A DNA stretch of 64,000 bases from an uncultured cyanobacterium (GTDB lineage: Bacteria; Cyanobacteriota; Cyanobacteriia; PCC-9006; JAAUQQ01). The DNA is taken from positions 1,440,001 to 1,504,000 of the forward strand of contig OY970368.1 in assembly GCA_963718615.1 (NCBI GenBank). Direction: 5' to 3'. Shown here piece by piece: positions 61,519 through 64,000 of the stretch. A model generated the notes under the pieces. It did no database searches. It had not been told where the DNA came from and saw only the letters and a list, made by a program, of their open reading frames with translations. The number at the start of each line of letters is the position of its first letter. The first letter of the stretch is position 1. The position numbers and the translations under genes were made by a program.

Positions 61519-62021
61519 CAGAAATATAGTTTTCTATGATTGACAAGGTAAGAGTATCGATTAAAATTCTTTCACCGCAAGAATGATTGTCATCTCACGG
61601 CTCAGGGATTCAGGAAATGCTATGGTTTTTCTATGATAGATGGGGTACAGGATAATGCTTGAAACCTTCATAAGGCAAAGAACTTCTGTATCTCACCAGA
61701 CTGGGAAACTCTATATAAGAACTTCTTGCGTCAATCGAGCTTTTGAGCGTAACAACAAGGTTTCCAGTCGTCGGAGCAACATTTGAGTAAGAGAGCTAAG
61801 ATATTCATTATTTTAAGGATTCCATGCTTACAAGGGTTTGAGTTCAGTATTTTTAGGTAATTTCAGTAGATTATAAATCTTCAATAGTCCGGATGCTTTT
61901 CTAGGCAAACGCTGAAACCCTTGATTTCTCGTCGGCTAGACAACCTTGGAAGAAGGCTAGGATCCTCATTCTACCGTTGGCTCCTAAAAACTGTCCAATG
62001 CAGAAAAACGTTAGCAGATCT

Positions 62022-62402
62022 AGCACCCGCCGCGTTTTCCTCAGCATCCTGCGCCACAGCTTCGCCAAAATCCACAGCGCCTTCGCCAACCCTGACGACA
62101 TCACCGAATGGGTTCCCGTCCCCGGCCATCCCAATGCCGACCCGTTGGAATACAAAGAACTACTGGGCCTAGAGGAAATGGGCGAAACCACCGTGCTGAT
62201 CGGTAAACTCAAGCTACGGCTCGACTTGCGCCAACTGCTCGACGGCTACGAAGCGCGGGAATCACGACAGCAGCGGCAGTATCGGGACCGCATGGGAATT
62301 CATATGCCCGTAAATGTGGAGGTGAATCCGGTTTTTCAGATGGGTGAGGGGGATAATTTTGGGGGCGATCAAATTCGCGGCAACAAGATCTCAGGTCAAT
62401 GA
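62022..62402 (+). pseudogene. 3' fragment of the Roco-like gene (end of COR domain plus C-terminal motif)
   Basis: STRRVFLSILRHSFAKIH..ITEWVPVPGHP..LEYKELLGLEEMG..LRQLLDGYE resembles C-termini of cyanobacterial COR proteins; same strand as the LRR fragment. Confidence 0.7.
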
Positions 62403-63577
62403 AAATCCCCAACGCAGAATCAAGAGACATCATGGCCACTACAATTCTCAACACACTCAATTTGCTTGATGTTGTTGTTCTCACAGAAGACCTGCCACAA
62501 AACGCCCTCGTGCGGGGTCAAGTCGGTACTATCGTTGAAACCCTAGCCCCTGATATCTACGAAGTTGAGTTCAGCGATGACGCGGGGCAAACCTACGCTA
62601 TGCTTCCCCTCCACTCCAGCCAACTCTTATTGCTTCACTACCTACCCATCAAGACATCAGGGCAATCCGATAAACCCAAAGAAGATGCACAAGAAACAAC
62701 CATGGGAAATATCTATCAATTTGGCAAACGCGACAATATTGCAGGCGATCAAGTCAACCATCAAAACAATTTCAACGGTCCCATGTCTGGCCAAATCGGC
62801 AACACCTTCAACGACAACGCCCAAGCCAGCGACAACACCTTCAACCAAACCCACGAAAGCCAAACCCACGAAACCGCACCCCTTCCTCCCCTCGCCACCC
62901 ACGAACACCCCCTCGCCAACGCCAAAACCATTCTCTTCCTCGCCTCCAACCCCAAACAAACCGGCAGACTCCGCCTCGACCAAGAACTTCGCGACATCGA
63001 CGAAAGCCTCCGCCGCGCCCAACGCCGCAACCAATTCAACCTCGAAAACAAAGGTGCAATCCGCCTCCGTGACTTCACCCGCGCCGTCCTCGACCACACC
63101 CCCCAAATCCTCCACTTCTCCGGCCACGGCCTCGGCACGGCTCCCTCCACCGAACCCAATCCCCGCAAACCCATCGCCATCCCTAACCCCAACCGTCCAG
63201 ACCCCGAAGGCTTGCTCTTTGAAGACGATCAAGGCAACCCCAAACTCATCCCCAGCGAACAACTCGCCGCCCTTTTCGACCTCTTCTCCGACACCGTCGA
63301 ATGCGTCATCCTCAACGCCTGCTACTCAAAAAATCAGGCCGAAGCGATCGCCCAACACATCCCCTACGTCATTGGAATGGAGCGGTCCATTAGCGATCGC
63401 GGAGCCATTGAATTTGCCATCGCCTTCTACGACACCCTCGGCGCAGGCAAAGACATCGAATTCGCCTACAAACTGGCCCGTATCGCCCTCATGGAAAGCA
63501 ACGAGCAAGATATTCCTAAACTGATTCATAGCAAAAAGCGATCGCCCTCCGAAGAGAGCGATCGCTCGACAACCTAA
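62399..63577 (+). CDS. DUF4926-like domain, N/Q-rich linker and CHAT (caspase/HetF-like) protease
   Basis: LLDVVVLTEDLP..RGQVGTIVE..YEVEFSD; ILFLASNP..LRLDQE; dyad LHFSGHG and ILNACYS; ATGA overlap with the upstream stop. Confidence 0.88.
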   Translation: MKIPNAESRDIMATTILNTLNLLDVVVLTEDLPQNALVRGQVGTIVETLAPDIYEVEFSDDAGQTYAMLPLHSSQLLLLHYLPIKTSGQSDKPKEDAQETTMGNIYQFGKRDNIAGDQVNHQNNFNGPMSGQIGNTFNDNAQASDNTFNQTHESQTHETAPLPPLATHEHPLANAKTILFLASNPKQTGRLRLDQELRDIDESLRRAQRRNQFNLENKGAIRLRDFTRAVLDHTPQILHFSGHGLGTAPSTEPNPRKPIAIPNPNRPDPEGLLFEDDQGNPKLIPSEQLAALFDLFSDTVECVILNACYSKNQAEAIAQHIPYVIGMERSISDRGAIEFAIAFYDTLGAGKDIEFAYKLARIALMESNEQDIPKLIHSKKRSPSEESDRSTT

Positions 63578-63615
63578 CTTATTCAGTTGTATGAACTCAA
63601 GCAATCAAGCAGTCA

Positions 63616-64000
<385 letters not shown>

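Noticed and set aside
62565-63524. 319-aa S/T/P-rich alternative-frame ORF (and antisense ORFs) over the CHAT gene
   Set aside because: By-product of C-rich codon usage that suppresses stop codons; the CHAT frame carries the motifs.

Overview
Cyanobacterial chromosomal segment (abundant HIP1 GCGATCGC octamers, psbA, NDH-1 CO2-uptake genes, ftrV). In order: the 3' part of a Pix/Pil-type taxis operon (two GAF-containing MCPs, hybrid CheA, CheW), a PckA-like ORF lacking catalytic motifs, oligopeptidase B, desB, rpsB-tsf-hypothetical-recG, a HlyD/HetP/HetC-like type I secretion cluster with an RTX protein, an IS1-derived MITE, and the ndhF3-ndhD3-cupA-cupS operon (ndhF3 frameshifted, NdhR-type site upstream). 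Next come an AT-rich island with a KAP NTPase split by IS1, a housekeeping stretch (GTPase, MFS, SPFH/NfeD, PP2C, ftrV, CHAD, folC, corA, two-component system, arfB), a broken LRR-Roc-COR (Roco)-like gene whose middle is replaced by a foreign cassette plus a second IS1, a DUF4926-CHAT protease gene, and the 3' end of psbA. The most notable observation is that the Roco C-terminus and the linker of the adjacent CHAT protease share a short Q-x-G-x-x-D-N-x-x-G-D-Q motif, suggesting an amyloid-motif-coupled Roco/caspase-like signalling system. All family calls come from motif recognition by eye; no database searches were run.
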